Virus record (IMG/VR): IMGVR_UViG_3300028805_001692
Location: 1-45,612 of that record
Strand: one strand, 5' to 3'
From: a virus
Lineage: Duplodnaviria; Heunggongvirae; Uroviricota; Caudoviricetes
DNA length: 45,612 nucleotides
Position 1 is the stretch's first letter. Every line of letters starts with the position of its first letter. A program made the position numbers and the translations under genes. Under the pieces are notes generated by a model. It made no database searches and was not told where the DNA came from. It saw only the letters and a program-made list of their open reading frames with translations. Shown in pieces: positions 17,892-27,178 of the stretch.

Positions 17892-18713
17892 TTAATAATA
17901 TAATGACCTTAAATACTTTTTGGTTTTGTCAGCTACCGCACGTCCCCATGCGTTCTCTATCCTCTTGTTGGATAGATAAAGACTGTAAGCATATTTCTTA
18001 GGCTTACCAATTTTCTTACACGTAACAGTTCCATCCTCTCCTACGGTCTTCACAGACTCTGGGTAGAACTCCTCCACTGTGGTATACTGACTAAGATACT
18101 TTGAATTCTCCTTTGGGTCAAAGTAACCCTTCTCCCTTATTTCCTCTCTTGATGGTGAGCAAGCCTCACAAATCTTTTTAGTAATCTGCAAGAGAACATC
18201 TGGTTTGTCGTTAATCATTGCCTTAAGCACCTCGTGTTCAAACGAAAGTCTTCCCTCGTTTGCCTTGAAGAACGTCTCCTTGTCATATACGAACGTCTGT
18301 CCGTCCTTACCAGTTACCTTCACGTTCTTGTTACTTAAGTCAACCTTCTCACGGATTGCCTTAGGATAAGCATAACCATCCCAAATCTTTGTGATTACAT
18401 CACGCTTGTTGTCCGATACTACAAACTTGAACGTACAAGCCCAAGGTTCAATGAGTTTAGAGTCAAATTCATCACCTGGTACAGGGTCTGCTGGGTTGTA
18501 GTAGAACCATGTGTAAACCCTACTCTTCGACTTTAAGTCATCATCAATCAATTGTACAATTTCATCTACCTTCAACTTGAAGTCTAGTGTGTTCATACTG
18601 TTTTCAATGAAATTGTAAATTCTGAAATTTCTCTTACAGATGATGTTGTCATTCACATAGAGGGTGAACTCAAACCTCTCCTCTTTGTAATCTTTTTCCT
18701 TGTTAATTTCCAT
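17892..18713 (-). CDS. Hypothetical protein
   Basis: 273-aa ORF tightly coupled upstream of the helicase. Confidence 0.75.
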   Translation of the reverse strand: MEINKEKDYKEERFEFTLYVNDNIICKRNFRIYNFIENSMNTLDFKLKVDEIVQLIDDDLKSKSRVYTWFYYNPADPVPGDEFDSKLIEPWACTFKFVVSDNKRDVITKIWDGYAYPKAIREKVDLSNKNVKVTGKDGQTFVYDKETFFKANEGRLSFEHEVLKAMINDKPDVLLQITKKICEACSPSREEIREKGYFDPKENSKYLSQYTTVEEFYPESVKTVGEDGTVTCKKIGKPKKYAYSLYLSNKRIENAWGRAVADKTKKYLRSLYY

Positions 18714-18745
18714 AAAAATAAAATGTTAAGTTAAACAAATCTTTT

Positions 18746-19009
18746 CTATACTCTAAAATATTTAAAAAAATCACTTAATACAACAAAGCCCTCTTTGTTT
18801 TCCCATATTAAATAATGTTTACTCAAATCCTTTTCATATCCTATTTCATACCCGTCTGGGTCTTTCAGACAATTATACAACAGTTGTATACTAGTACCAT
18901 CTAGATAATACCTATAATAGTATTCTAGCAGTCTGAATCTACCCCAAAGTTTCTCCTTCTTAAGTTTCTTCATGAAGAACTTAAAATGTTTGCTGTCGTA
19001 TCTTCTCAT
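18746..19009 (-). CDS. Hypothetical basic protein
   Basis: Directly after the promoter-like motif at 19021-19052 (-7 TATCTTTG; imperfect -33 CTTG). Confidence 0.6.
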   Translation of the reverse strand: MRRYDSKHFKFFMKKLKKEKLWGRFRLLEYYYRYYLDGTSIQLLYNCLKDPDGYEIGYEKDLSKHYLIWENKEGFVVLSDFFKYFRV

Positions 19010-19070
19010 ATTTCTTAGCGCAAAGATATATAAAAAATGTTAAAAAAACAAGGATTTTGATAAAAAAATT

Positions 19071-19442
19071 TTAAATCCCATAAAACTTGAAAAAATCCTC
19101 TACGTAAAAATTCCTACTACCCCTGTAGTTACAATCACACTTTTCTATGGCGTACTTCTCATGTTTATAAAGCCAAGGTCTCTCCCTGGTAATCGTTAAT
19201 ATCGTATTGGAAGGTATCTTTATACACCTTTCTATTTGGTAAAACCTATTTTTCTCCAACAGGGTAGGGTAATAATATATGAGAAATCTTAACCTTCTCA
19301 TATTCTTTAAATTACCAGTCTTTTTCAACTCACCATATAACAGTTTAATCGACATACACCTTACTTCGAAATCAGTTAATGGTTTCTTTTCATGACCACG
19401 ACGTTTCTTGATTTCTTCAAGAATTTCTTTTATATTCAGCAT
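19071..19442 (-). CDS. Hypothetical basic protein
   Basis: 123-aa ORF overlapping the exonuclease stop. Confidence 0.55.
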   Translation of the reverse strand: MLNIKEILEEIKKRRGHEKKPLTDFEVRCMSIKLLYGELKKTGNLKNMRRLRFLIYYYPTLLEKNRFYQIERCIKIPSNTILTITRERPWLYKHEKYAIEKCDCNYRGSRNFYVEDFFKFYGI

Positions 19443-20580
19443 ACCTTTTCTGTTCCATTAAAATTATACGACCATACGGTGCTAACACGTTACCGAACTT
19501 GGTTTCGTCGGTTAGGTCAAACATTCTGTTTTTATCTATAATCTTATATGCGTTCTTAACGTTCCTGTTAGTAGTGTCAATCGGGGCATATAACACATCA
19601 TTCAACCCCTTTTCAGCTTCCTCTGTAAGCAACGGCTCTGACAAATCTATTATCTTCCTGTTAATCTCATATAACCTGTCTCCCTGGCAACCGTCAGTAA
19701 CCCCGTTAACGATGTTTTCAAGCGATTTGAGAGGTTTTTGCTTGTTCTGCTTCCTCTCTTCCAGCAACTCCTTAGAACGCTCTATAATCGCCTTTAAATC
19801 GGTTTTATGTTTAACAATCTCTGGGAAGTACTTAATGAGTGTCGGCTGTCCAACTCCCTTCACCCCTTTAATGTTGTCAGATACATCACCGCATATTATC
19901 TTCTCAAGCACTATGTTCTCATGAGTAATACCAAGTTCCTCTATTGAGTTTTTATCCGTTATAAAATCCTTCTTAACTGGATTATACACTATGACTGTAT
20001 CTGATATAAGCTGTGTCAAATCCCTATCAGATGAGAATATAACAACCTTCTCATTCTCATGCTTATTCTTTACGTAGTATGCAATAAGGTCATCACCCTC
20101 AACGTTATCGAACTCATATTGTCTTACACAAACCTCTTCAAGTATGACTTGTATTAGGAACTTCTGTTTCTCAAACAGCTCATCTTCAATCTCCTTATCT
20201 GTTTTCTTCTTCTTATTACTGAGTACCTTCTTACAGAATGAATCAATGTATTTATCATATTCAGTCTTATTAATCTGGTGGTTCTCATAATGTTTATCAC
20301 GATTAGCCTTATAATCCTCATAGTAGTTGTATCTCAAGACCCCAGAACCATTACCATCCCAGCATACCATGCAATAGTCAAAGTCCTTTCTAGATAGAAT
20401 AACTCCAAGCTGACGTATGAATGTAAGTACAGCACCATACACCTCACCCTTGTCATTCATTCTCTTATCTACCAGTGAAATCTTTAATAAGTTATTACCA
20501 TCAACTATTAACGAATACTCACTCCTGGAAATATTTATGTTATTTGCCTCAGCAATTCTTTTTTTAATCGGTTGTTTCAT
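19417..20580 (-). CDS. 5'-3' exonuclease / flap endonuclease (T4 RNase H-like)
   Basis: LIVDGNN, YKANRD, EGDDLIA, SSDRDLTQL, GDVSDNIKGVKGVG; promoter at 20597-20628. Confidence 0.9.
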   Translation of the reverse strand: MKQPIKKRIAEANNINISRSEYSLIVDGNNLLKISLVDKRMNDKGEVYGAVLTFIRQLGVILSRKDFDYCMVCWDGNGSGVLRYNYYEDYKANRDKHYENHQINKTEYDKYIDSFCKKVLSNKKKKTDKEIEDELFEKQKFLIQVILEEVCVRQYEFDNVEGDDLIAYYVKNKHENEKVVIFSSDRDLTQLISDTVIVYNPVKKDFITDKNSIEELGITHENIVLEKIICGDVSDNIKGVKGVGQPTLIKYFPEIVKHKTDLKAIIERSKELLEERKQNKQKPLKSLENIVNGVTDGCQGDRLYEINRKIIDLSEPLLTEEAEKGLNDVLYAPIDTTNRNVKNAYKIIDKNRMFDLTDETKFGNVLAPYGRIILMEQKRYAEYKRNS

Positions 20581-20662
20581 TATATTTTCTTTAGTGCAAA
20601 GATATATAAAAAAAGTTAAAAAACCAAATTTTTGGAATATTTATTGTTAATTAATTGATGAC

Positions 20663-21832
20663 ATGAAAAAGTATAGAATAAACGAGGCACAATATAATAT
20701 AATCATTGAGACTGCCAGAATCCAGAATTTCTACAAGAGGGATGAAAATGGAAAAATAGTGAATCCAGTAAATCCAACGCAGAGGACTGACATAGATTTC
20801 GGTAAATTAAAACAGTCTGACGATGACTTCAACGAAAAAAATAAACTACCAAAAAAGGATAGAAGAGACAGTGGAGAAGAATTCAGAGACGCAAGGGGAT
20901 ACTCAAAGAAGGTTATAGACAATTTACAATCAGACCTCACTGGAAAGGCTCAAGAAAGATATATGGATGCTACTGGAAGAGATACACCTGTTATTCCAAA
21001 GGATGAAATAGGAAAATTCTCTCCAAGCGTTAACAAGTATCTTAAAAATGGTATGGATGTTGCTGTAAAGGGTAAGACCTTCTCGTATGGAAATACAAAA
21101 GTTCCAGAGGATGTAATGATTATCAATCTTACATCAGCATGGAACTGCCCTACTACAAGTGGAGAATGCCCATTTAAGGAAGTGTGCTATGCTAAGAGAG
21201 CTGAAGGTGGAAGAGCTGCACAGTTGCAGTTAAGAAACTTAAGGAATCAACATGTCTTCAAATATCTTACTGGTAGGGAAATACTCAAGCTTATAGAAAC
21301 TTATATCGAGCAAGCACCAGTACACATAAGATATGCAAGAATTAGTGAGGACGGAGATTTCCCAGACCAACAGACTCTTGATTTCTGCGATAAACTTGCT
21401 GGACACATTAAAGCAAAGTACGGTATCCAGACAACCGCATATACGCACAGACAGCTTGACTATAGTAACGTTAAAAATATATTGATAAATGCTTCAGACT
21501 ATAGAATCAAGGGTGCTACGAGATATTTCATATGTACAGATAAAAAGAGTTGGGCTAACCTTCCAGAAGGTATGAGTGATGGTAGCACAAACCCAAAGGG
21601 AATTGATACAACAAACGGTGTCTTCAAATGTATGTGTGATTGTAGAAAATGTTACTTCTGCTACAGAACTAAGGAAGAAAACGGTGAACCAGAAGGACCG
21701 ATTACCGTAGTAGAGGAACTTAGAGGCGGTGCTAAAAAAGTTAAAACAGCCCTAACAGCTAAAGGCAACCTTGAAGCTAAAAGTAAGATAGATATACCAG
21801 CATGTGCTGTTGAAATAAATGAAAAGAGGTAG
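20663..21832 (+). CDS. GP88-like Cys-cluster protein
   Basis: GNTKVP...NCP...CPFKEVCYAKRAE, RISEDGDF, C-terminal CMCDCRKCYFC. Confidence 0.6.
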   Translation: MKKYRINEAQYNIIIETARIQNFYKRDENGKIVNPVNPTQRTDIDFGKLKQSDDDFNEKNKLPKKDRRDSGEEFRDARGYSKKVIDNLQSDLTGKAQERYMDATGRDTPVIPKDEIGKFSPSVNKYLKNGMDVAVKGKTFSYGNTKVPEDVMIINLTSAWNCPTTSGECPFKEVCYAKRAEGGRAAQLQLRNLRNQHVFKYLTGREILKLIETYIEQAPVHIRYARISEDGDFPDQQTLDFCDKLAGHIKAKYGIQTTAYTHRQLDYSNVKNILINASDYRIKGATRYFICTDKKSWANLPEGMSDGSTNPKGIDTTNGVFKCMCDCRKCYFCYRTKEENGEPEGPITVVEELRGGAKKVKTALTAKGNLEAKSKIDIPACAVEINEKR

Positions 21833-21845
21833 GACAAATCCTACC
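21828..21845. terminator. Bidirectional terminator between convergent genes
   Basis: GGTAGGA-CAAA-TCCTACC with T tracts on both strands. Confidence 0.75.
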
Positions 21846-22107
21846 CCTTTTTTGTTTTTACACGCTCGAAAGCTGCAAGAAGGTTTTCAGTAGTATGGTC
21901 ATAGAACTCAGTATGTGGTTTACTTGATATATGCCACCCACAACATGATGGACAGTAATATGGTCTAAGTACACCGCCATGAGTGTCTATGTCAGACCCG
22001 TTCCACTTAATAAAGTTCTTAGCCTTTATTTCAGTCTCGAACAGCATCTTAGCCCTTCCACAGTCTGGACACATTACTCTATTCCTTTTCGGCTTCATGA
22101 GTGTCAC
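21841..22107 (-). CDS. Small zinc-binding protein
   Basis: CPDC...YYCPSCCGWH. Confidence 0.65.
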   Translation of the reverse strand: MTLMKPKRNRVMCPDCGRAKMLFETEIKAKNFIKWNGSDIDTHGGVLRPYYCPSCCGWHISSKPHTEFYDHTTENLLAAFERVKTKKG

Positions 22108-22306
22108 TTTCTTTATCGTCTACACACAGTGGTCTATAGATGATGATTGCATTATTACTACCATCAAATGACGTTAGTTTTACGTCAACCACAAAACCAC
22201 CCTCTTTCTCAATCTCTTCGATTCGTTTATTTACATGCGCCTCGAACTCGTTATAAAACGTATGTACAACAAATGCAACTCTTGTTTTTCCGTAATTGTA
22301 ATGCAT
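22079..22306 (-). CDS. Hypothetical protein (start MHYNYGK)
   Basis: First ATG after promoter 22325-22356, which is fused to hairpin 22342-22368. Confidence 0.6.
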   Translation of the reverse strand: MHYNYGKTRVAFVVHTFYNEFEAHVNKRIEEIEKEGGFVVDVKLTSFDGSNNAIIIYRPLCVDDKESDTHEAEKE

Positions 22307-22380
22307 AATTTTACTTTTTTGCTGCAAAGTTACTAAAAAAAAATGAGATAACCAAATGCTACCTCATTTTTTTACACATT

Positions 22381-23358
22381 TTAAGAATTATGTACTAATC
22401 TAAACACCTCATCTGCTAGAGTTATATTCTCATTAACTGGGGCTGATGCCTCTTCCTCGGTAATATATCCAGGCATTGACATTATGGAAGTTTCACCATA
22501 ACATGATTTATCTTCTGGAAATTCAAACCATCCAGAGAACTGGCATCTTTTCCTGGTACATCCACGAACATATGAATTCCAACCCCAAATAAGTTCATTA
22601 TACCTATCACTATTCTTTAATGGTTTCGATAAGTTAGAAATTGTTGTATTGAAAATACTTACATCATTTCTAGCTGCTGAGCATAATTTTTCGAAATAGT
22701 TTTTTACATATTCCCTATTGAGTCCGAAATCATGTACCAGATAATAGAATATAGAACCAGCTTCATTAGGCTTGATAGTATCGCTACTATCCTTCTTTAT
22801 CTTTCTTCCAAATTCAGAAGCCTCATTATATCCAATAACATCACTAAGACACTCATCCCTAGTCTCAAGTTCTGTCATATTCATTTTATATGGAGACTGG
22901 GAATTAGTTTTACAACGCTTTCTAAGAAGCATAACCTGTTTAGTGATTGAGTATGAACCAACTGCAAGCTCTTTACCAGTACCTCTTAGTTTATATCTTA
23001 TAGCATCTTCTGAACTTCTCTTAACACCCATGTCTATTGTCTCAGTAGCTTCTCTTGAAACACCCTCGACAACTAGAAACCTTAGTGGTATTCCGCTTTC
23101 ATGTATCGCATAAAGTCGGTGTTGACCATTTGCAAGTTTACCATCTGAATAGAATGTTATGGGTTCACCATTATCCTCACACCATTTGCCATCTTTCATC
23201 ATTTTCGTATACTCCATCACTTTTTGATATTTCAGCTTCCTGTAGTTGTCGTTTTTATTCTCAACTATATCGATGGCTTCTTCTGGAGTAAATATTTTTT
23301 CGTAGTATTTCATAACCTTAACCAATTTCTGCTTCAATTCTACTGAATGCATTGTCAC
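22381..23358 (-). CDS. ParB/Srx-like N-terminal domain protein
   Basis: NGEPITFYSDGKLANGQHRLYAI motif. Confidence 0.65.
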   Translation of the reverse strand: MTMHSVELKQKLVKVMKYYEKIFTPEEAIDIVENKNDNYRKLKYQKVMEYTKMMKDGKWCEDNGEPITFYSDGKLANGQHRLYAIHESGIPLRFLVVEGVSREATETIDMGVKRSSEDAIRYKLRGTGKELAVGSYSITKQVMLLRKRCKTNSQSPYKMNMTELETRDECLSDVIGYNEASEFGRKIKKDSSDTIKPNEAGSIFYYLVHDFGLNREYVKNYFEKLCSAARNDVSIFNTTISNLSKPLKNSDRYNELIWGWNSYVRGCTRKRCQFSGWFEFPEDKSCYGETSIMSMPGYITEEEASAPVNENITLADEVFRLVHNS

Positions 23359-23866
23359 CAGCAGTAAACGTCATAGTCTTCCTGGTTGGTATTGAACTGA
23401 AATCACAAATATCATTGAACTTGTAGAAATCATCAGAGCCTTCCTCAAAGAGCATGAATACAGGAATATTATTGTCAGATGCAAACCACATCATGTAGAA
23501 ATCTCTCTCACTTCTGGAAGCAATCTCACGAATCTTCTTGATGAGATTTTCCTCATTCCTATTACCCATAGATACCTTAGTACATACACGCTTTCCATTC
23601 TTCCTTGTTATCTTTTTAATCTCACAAGGTTCAACATACAGTCTGTCATTATGGATGAGAAGAGCAGAATACTTATTTCTTCTCCTTCCCCTGTTATTAC
23701 TGCGGTCTCTAAATGTTAAACTACTATCACACAGACCTATGTGTGTCTGGTGTGTTTTACCTGTTCTACTTAAGTCGGAGTTAGTCAGTTTCTTTACTGA
23801 TATTCTCCTCTCTTGATTTAAGTTTATCTTCATAACTATTAATAACTTTTCTGTTAGTTCATTCAT
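23318..23866 (-). CDS. Hypothetical protein, possible B3/EcoRII-N-like DNA-binding fold
   Basis: VKKLTNSDLSRTGKTHQTHIGL resembles the KxLSxND..xxHQxGI motif of EcoRII-N; start uncertain. Confidence 0.4.
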   Translation of the reverse strand: MNELTEKLLIVMKINLNQERRISVKKLTNSDLSRTGKTHQTHIGLCDSSLTFRDRSNNRGRRRNKYSALLIHNDRLYVEPCEIKKITRKNGKRVCTKVSMGNRNEENLIKKIREIASRSERDFYMMWFASDNNIPVFMLFEEGSDDFYKFNDICDFSSIPTRKTMTFTAGDNAFSRIEAEIG

Positions 23867-25043
23867 CTGTTGATTCTTCTGCAAACTGAACGTCAGCCTC
23901 TGTAACACTCTTTCCTCCATCTTCCTCAAGTTTAGTCAGTATATCCTTGATATAAGTCTTTTTATAATCATCAAGTTTATTTGGATTTACCAAACCATTA
24001 TGAACACATGACATTTCGCCTTCATATGTAATATTCCAAGGTGTTGGAAGCTGATTCTTCGTTGTCCTTATCTTAGTTGTAATACCATAATTGTATGTTT
24101 CACCCTTTGCTGTAGCTGTAAGTTTCTTAGTAGCAGCCTTTCCAATACCACCAAGATGCATTATCAGTCTAGCACCATAGAAGAATGTTTTACCTCCCTT
24201 AAGCTCTATTGATGGAACTCCACCCATTGAGTTCATTGAATCATTCCAAATCTTATTAACGCAGAAGAAAGTGTTGGTATACTCAGAACCCATGCTCTTT
24301 GAAGATGGTATCCTGTTATTAATAATGTTGTTAAATGCTTGCGATATAGCACCAGCGTCGAACAGGTTGTTTGTACTCTTGCTTTCAAGTGACTTGAATG
24401 ACTGTATAGAACCTATTGAGTCCCAAATGAAACACATTGGATATGGTATCTCTCCACTATCCTGTTTGTCAAGGAAATCATTTATTGAATAGGCAATATC
24501 TTCAAGAACTGCTTGCTTTCTCTTTACCTTCAACTTCTTACCTGTCGAATAGTCATTATCTCCATATGCATTTGCTAGTTTTGCGCTATTGAAATAGAAG
24601 AAATCACCAGTATAGTCTATAATTTGATTCTCTGTTGTATATGTAACTTCTCCAGTCTCGTAGTTTACATGTTCAACCTCAACGTCTCCGTATACAGGTG
24701 TAGCCTTCATTCCGCAATCAATTGCATATTTAAAGTCAAAATTATTCTCTGTCTCATAAATGATTGGTAATATACCGTTGTTTATACACGATGCAATAAG
24801 ACAATTTTTTATAGTAGATTTACCAGTGTTAGACCATCCAGTGACTATTGACAAATACCCCATTGGAATTCCTGGTAATTTTATTGCATCAGAAAATGCA
24901 TCTGGGAGTGGTATGAAAGATATAGGTTTATCAGCCACTGAGTTAGCATAGTCAGTTTCATTCTTCATACTAAGTTCCATTCTAGCCTTAAGTTCGCTTA
25001 TACTAGGCTTCTTAAATTCCTTTTTCTTTACTGGTTGTTTCAT
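23859..25043 (-). CDS. RecA/UvsX-like recombinase
   Basis: GIPMG...TGWSNTGKST Walker A; IWDSIG Walker B; GGKTFFYGARL. Confidence 0.9.
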   Translation of the reverse strand: MKQPVKKKEFKKPSISELKARMELSMKNETDYANSVADKPISFIPLPDAFSDAIKLPGIPMGYLSIVTGWSNTGKSTIKNCLIASCINNGILPIIYETENNFDFKYAIDCGMKATPVYGDVEVEHVNYETGEVTYTTENQIIDYTGDFFYFNSAKLANAYGDNDYSTGKKLKVKRKQAVLEDIAYSINDFLDKQDSGEIPYPMCFIWDSIGSIQSFKSLESKSTNNLFDAGAISQAFNNIINNRIPSSKSMGSEYTNTFFCVNKIWNDSMNSMGGVPSIELKGGKTFFYGARLIMHLGGIGKAATKKLTATAKGETYNYGITTKIRTTKNQLPTPWNITYEGEMSCVHNGLVNPNKLDDYKKTYIKDILTKLEEDGGKSVTEADVQFAEESTDE

Positions 25044-25657
25044 TTATCACTGTTTTGTTTGTCTCTTATTTTATTTTTCCAACATCTTCTGCATACTGAT
25101 TTATACATATCATTACCTCCAACCATTATCTGGTCTCCTTCAGTAACTATTTCACCGTTACTATCAAATCTTGCATTTATTGATGTTTTCCTCTCCCCAC
25201 ATGAGCATGTGGATTTGATTTCCTCAATATCATCAGCTAACTCGAATAACCTCTTAGATGCAGGAAAAAGCCTGCTCTGGAAGTCGGTTCTGAGACCGAA
25301 ACACATGACGTTGATTCCAAGGAAGTCAACAACATCTGAAAGCTGGTCTATCTGTTTTTCGGTTAGGAATTGGCACTCATCTATCAACACCCACTTGAGG
25401 TTGTGGAACTGTGAGTTAAGGACATTATTGTAATCCTTTATAGCCTTATAGAGGTTAACGTCTGGGTCAACCATGACACACTTCCTCTCAAGTCCTACAC
25501 GGGATTTTATGATGCCTTCGCCATCCCTGGTATCAGCGGATGGCTTAAGGCACATTATATCTAATCCATTTTCCTCAAAGTTATATGCTGTTGTAAGTAG
25601 CCTCAGCGTCTTCGCAGAATTCATAGTCCCATAATAAAATCTAAGATGTGCTGCCAT
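25040..25657 (-). CDS. tdk: Thymidine kinase
   Basis: FYYGTMNSAKT, LIDECQFL, FGLRTDF, zinc-site Cys pairs. Confidence 0.95.
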   Translation of the reverse strand: MAAHLRFYYGTMNSAKTLRLLTTAYNFEENGLDIMCLKPSADTRDGEGIIKSRVGLERKCVMVDPDVNLYKAIKDYNNVLNSQFHNLKWVLIDECQFLTEKQIDQLSDVVDFLGINVMCFGLRTDFQSRLFPASKRLFELADDIEEIKSTCSCGERKTSINARFDSNGEIVTEGDQIMVGGNDMYKSVCRRCWKNKIRDKQNSDK

Positions 25658-25669
25658 TTTCAATATCTT

Positions 25670-25756
25670 TTAGCATAGAATCAAAATCATAATAAGTTGA
25701 CTCATTATTTTCAAAAAGTTACCCATAGTACCATAATAGAAGAAAAGTTTATTCAT
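25670..25756 (-). pseudogene. Orphan thymidine-kinase N-terminal fragment (MNKLFFYYGTMG...)
   Basis: Manual translation of the intergenic gap; shares FYYGTM with the intact tdk just downstream. Confidence 0.65.
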
Positions 25757-25783
25757 TCATAACAATATTTGTTTTAGGTTATT

Positions 25784-26794
25784 TTAAAATGGTAAATCCT
25801 CATCCTCGTCTGATGTATCAAACTTAGTACCATCAATTATAGTACCAGCTGGGGCTTCAGCCTCCGCTATCTCACTATAATCCTTAGATGCTGTTGTTGC
25901 TTCCTCAATCTTCTCCTGTTCAGCCTCTGCCTTCATTTTTTCAAGTTCTTCCTTGCTAACGTACTTGTTAGCTTCCTTACTGAACACAGGTACTTTACCG
26001 TCTGCTATGATTGCCATATAGTCGTATGACTTTACGGTGTAAACCTCATACCATTTCTTAGAGTCGTTAATCCACTTTTCGCCAAGCTCGTAGTCATCTG
26101 TAATAGGGCTAGGAATTCCACTGTCAAGAATAAGGATAGTTGTCTTACCGTCAGCACCCTTCGTTAATGTCACAATAAGGTCAAGACCATTGTTAACATC
26201 GTAGATGCTATACTTATTACCCTTTGCTGCGGCAGCTTCGCTCCTAACTTTAGCAAGATTCCTTATCTGGTCGAATACACCTTTTCCCTGTCTGTTATCT
26301 GGGAAAAGCCAGAACTTTACACCATCTTCCTCATGACCACGCTCAATACAGCGGACAATCCACATATCTTTTGCCTTGTTCATGAATTCGACATCACCAT
26401 ACTTTTTCTTCGTAGGCTCATCCAATGCCTGGCTCTTAAGTTCCTTCGCCTTTGCAGAAATCTCACAGAATGGACATTTTTCACCCATAATCTTACCATC
26501 CACCTTGTTCTTTGGTGGACACACGAAAGTCTTCCACCCACTAGGTGAAACCTCCTTGTTTACACGAACCGTGTGCATGTGAATTTTCTGGAATGCAGTG
26601 TTACTATCTGGGGTGATAGGTAACAATCTGATTGTAAGTGTCTTAGAAGTCTCATTTTCACCCAACCTTGCCTGTAAATAATTCTTTGTGTCAAATTGAG
26701 TCTTCTTAGTTTTAACTTGTGGTGTATGCACCTCAGCATACTGTCTCTCGACTTCCTCTGCGCTAATGTTTGCGCTAAATCTTTTGTTTTCCAT
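25784..26794 (-). CDS. Single-stranded DNA-binding protein (gp32-like)
   Basis: IRLLP...HMH...CP...CPFCE and acidic tail ending DEDEDLPF; promoter at 26858-26888. Confidence 0.75.
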   Translation of the reverse strand: MENKRFSANISAEEVERQYAEVHTPQVKTKKTQFDTKNYLQARLGENETSKTLTIRLLPITPDSNTAFQKIHMHTVRVNKEVSPSGWKTFVCPPKNKVDGKIMGEKCPFCEISAKAKELKSQALDEPTKKKYGDVEFMNKAKDMWIVRCIERGHEEDGVKFWLFPDNRQGKGVFDQIRNLAKVRSEAAAAKGNKYSIYDVNNGLDLIVTLTKGADGKTTILILDSGIPSPITDDYELGEKWINDSKKWYEVYTVKSYDYMAIIADGKVPVFSKEANKYVSKEELEKMKAEAEQEKIEEATTASKDYSEIAEAEAPAGTIIDGTKFDTSDEDEDLPF

Positions 26795-26938
26795 TAAAAT
26801 AAATTGTTAAAAAAAATTATTATATGCATGTCAGAACATGCTTAAAGTTTTATATTGCAAAGATATATAAAAAATGTTAAAAAAACAAATTTTTCCCTAA
26901 TTATTTTCTCTATAACTAGGGAAAAAATATATAGAAGA

Positions 26939-27178
26939 TTATCCTAATGTGTCAAGGATACTCTTTATAGCATCAAGGTGTGAGGCAATCTCGGAAACCT
27001 GTTCATTTGGCTGCTGCCCCATGTGTCTACACATTGTAAAATGGTCTCTTACTATTGTAAAGGCATCATCAAGGCTATACTTTAAATCTCCGAACAAGTT
27101 ACCCAAGTCATCGTTTCCGTATCCAGATTCAGCTAGAATCCTTTCCCTTTGTGATTCGTTGATAATAACCCTTTTCAT
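26939..27178 (-). CDS. Small hypothetical, possibly virion-associated
   Basis: MKRVIINESQRERILAES N-terminus; coupled to the upstream gene (TAATG overlap). Confidence 0.65.
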   Translation of the reverse strand: MKRVIINESQRERILAESGYGNDDLGNLFGDLKYSLDDAFTIVRDHFTMCRHMGQQPNEQVSEIASHLDAIKSILDTLG

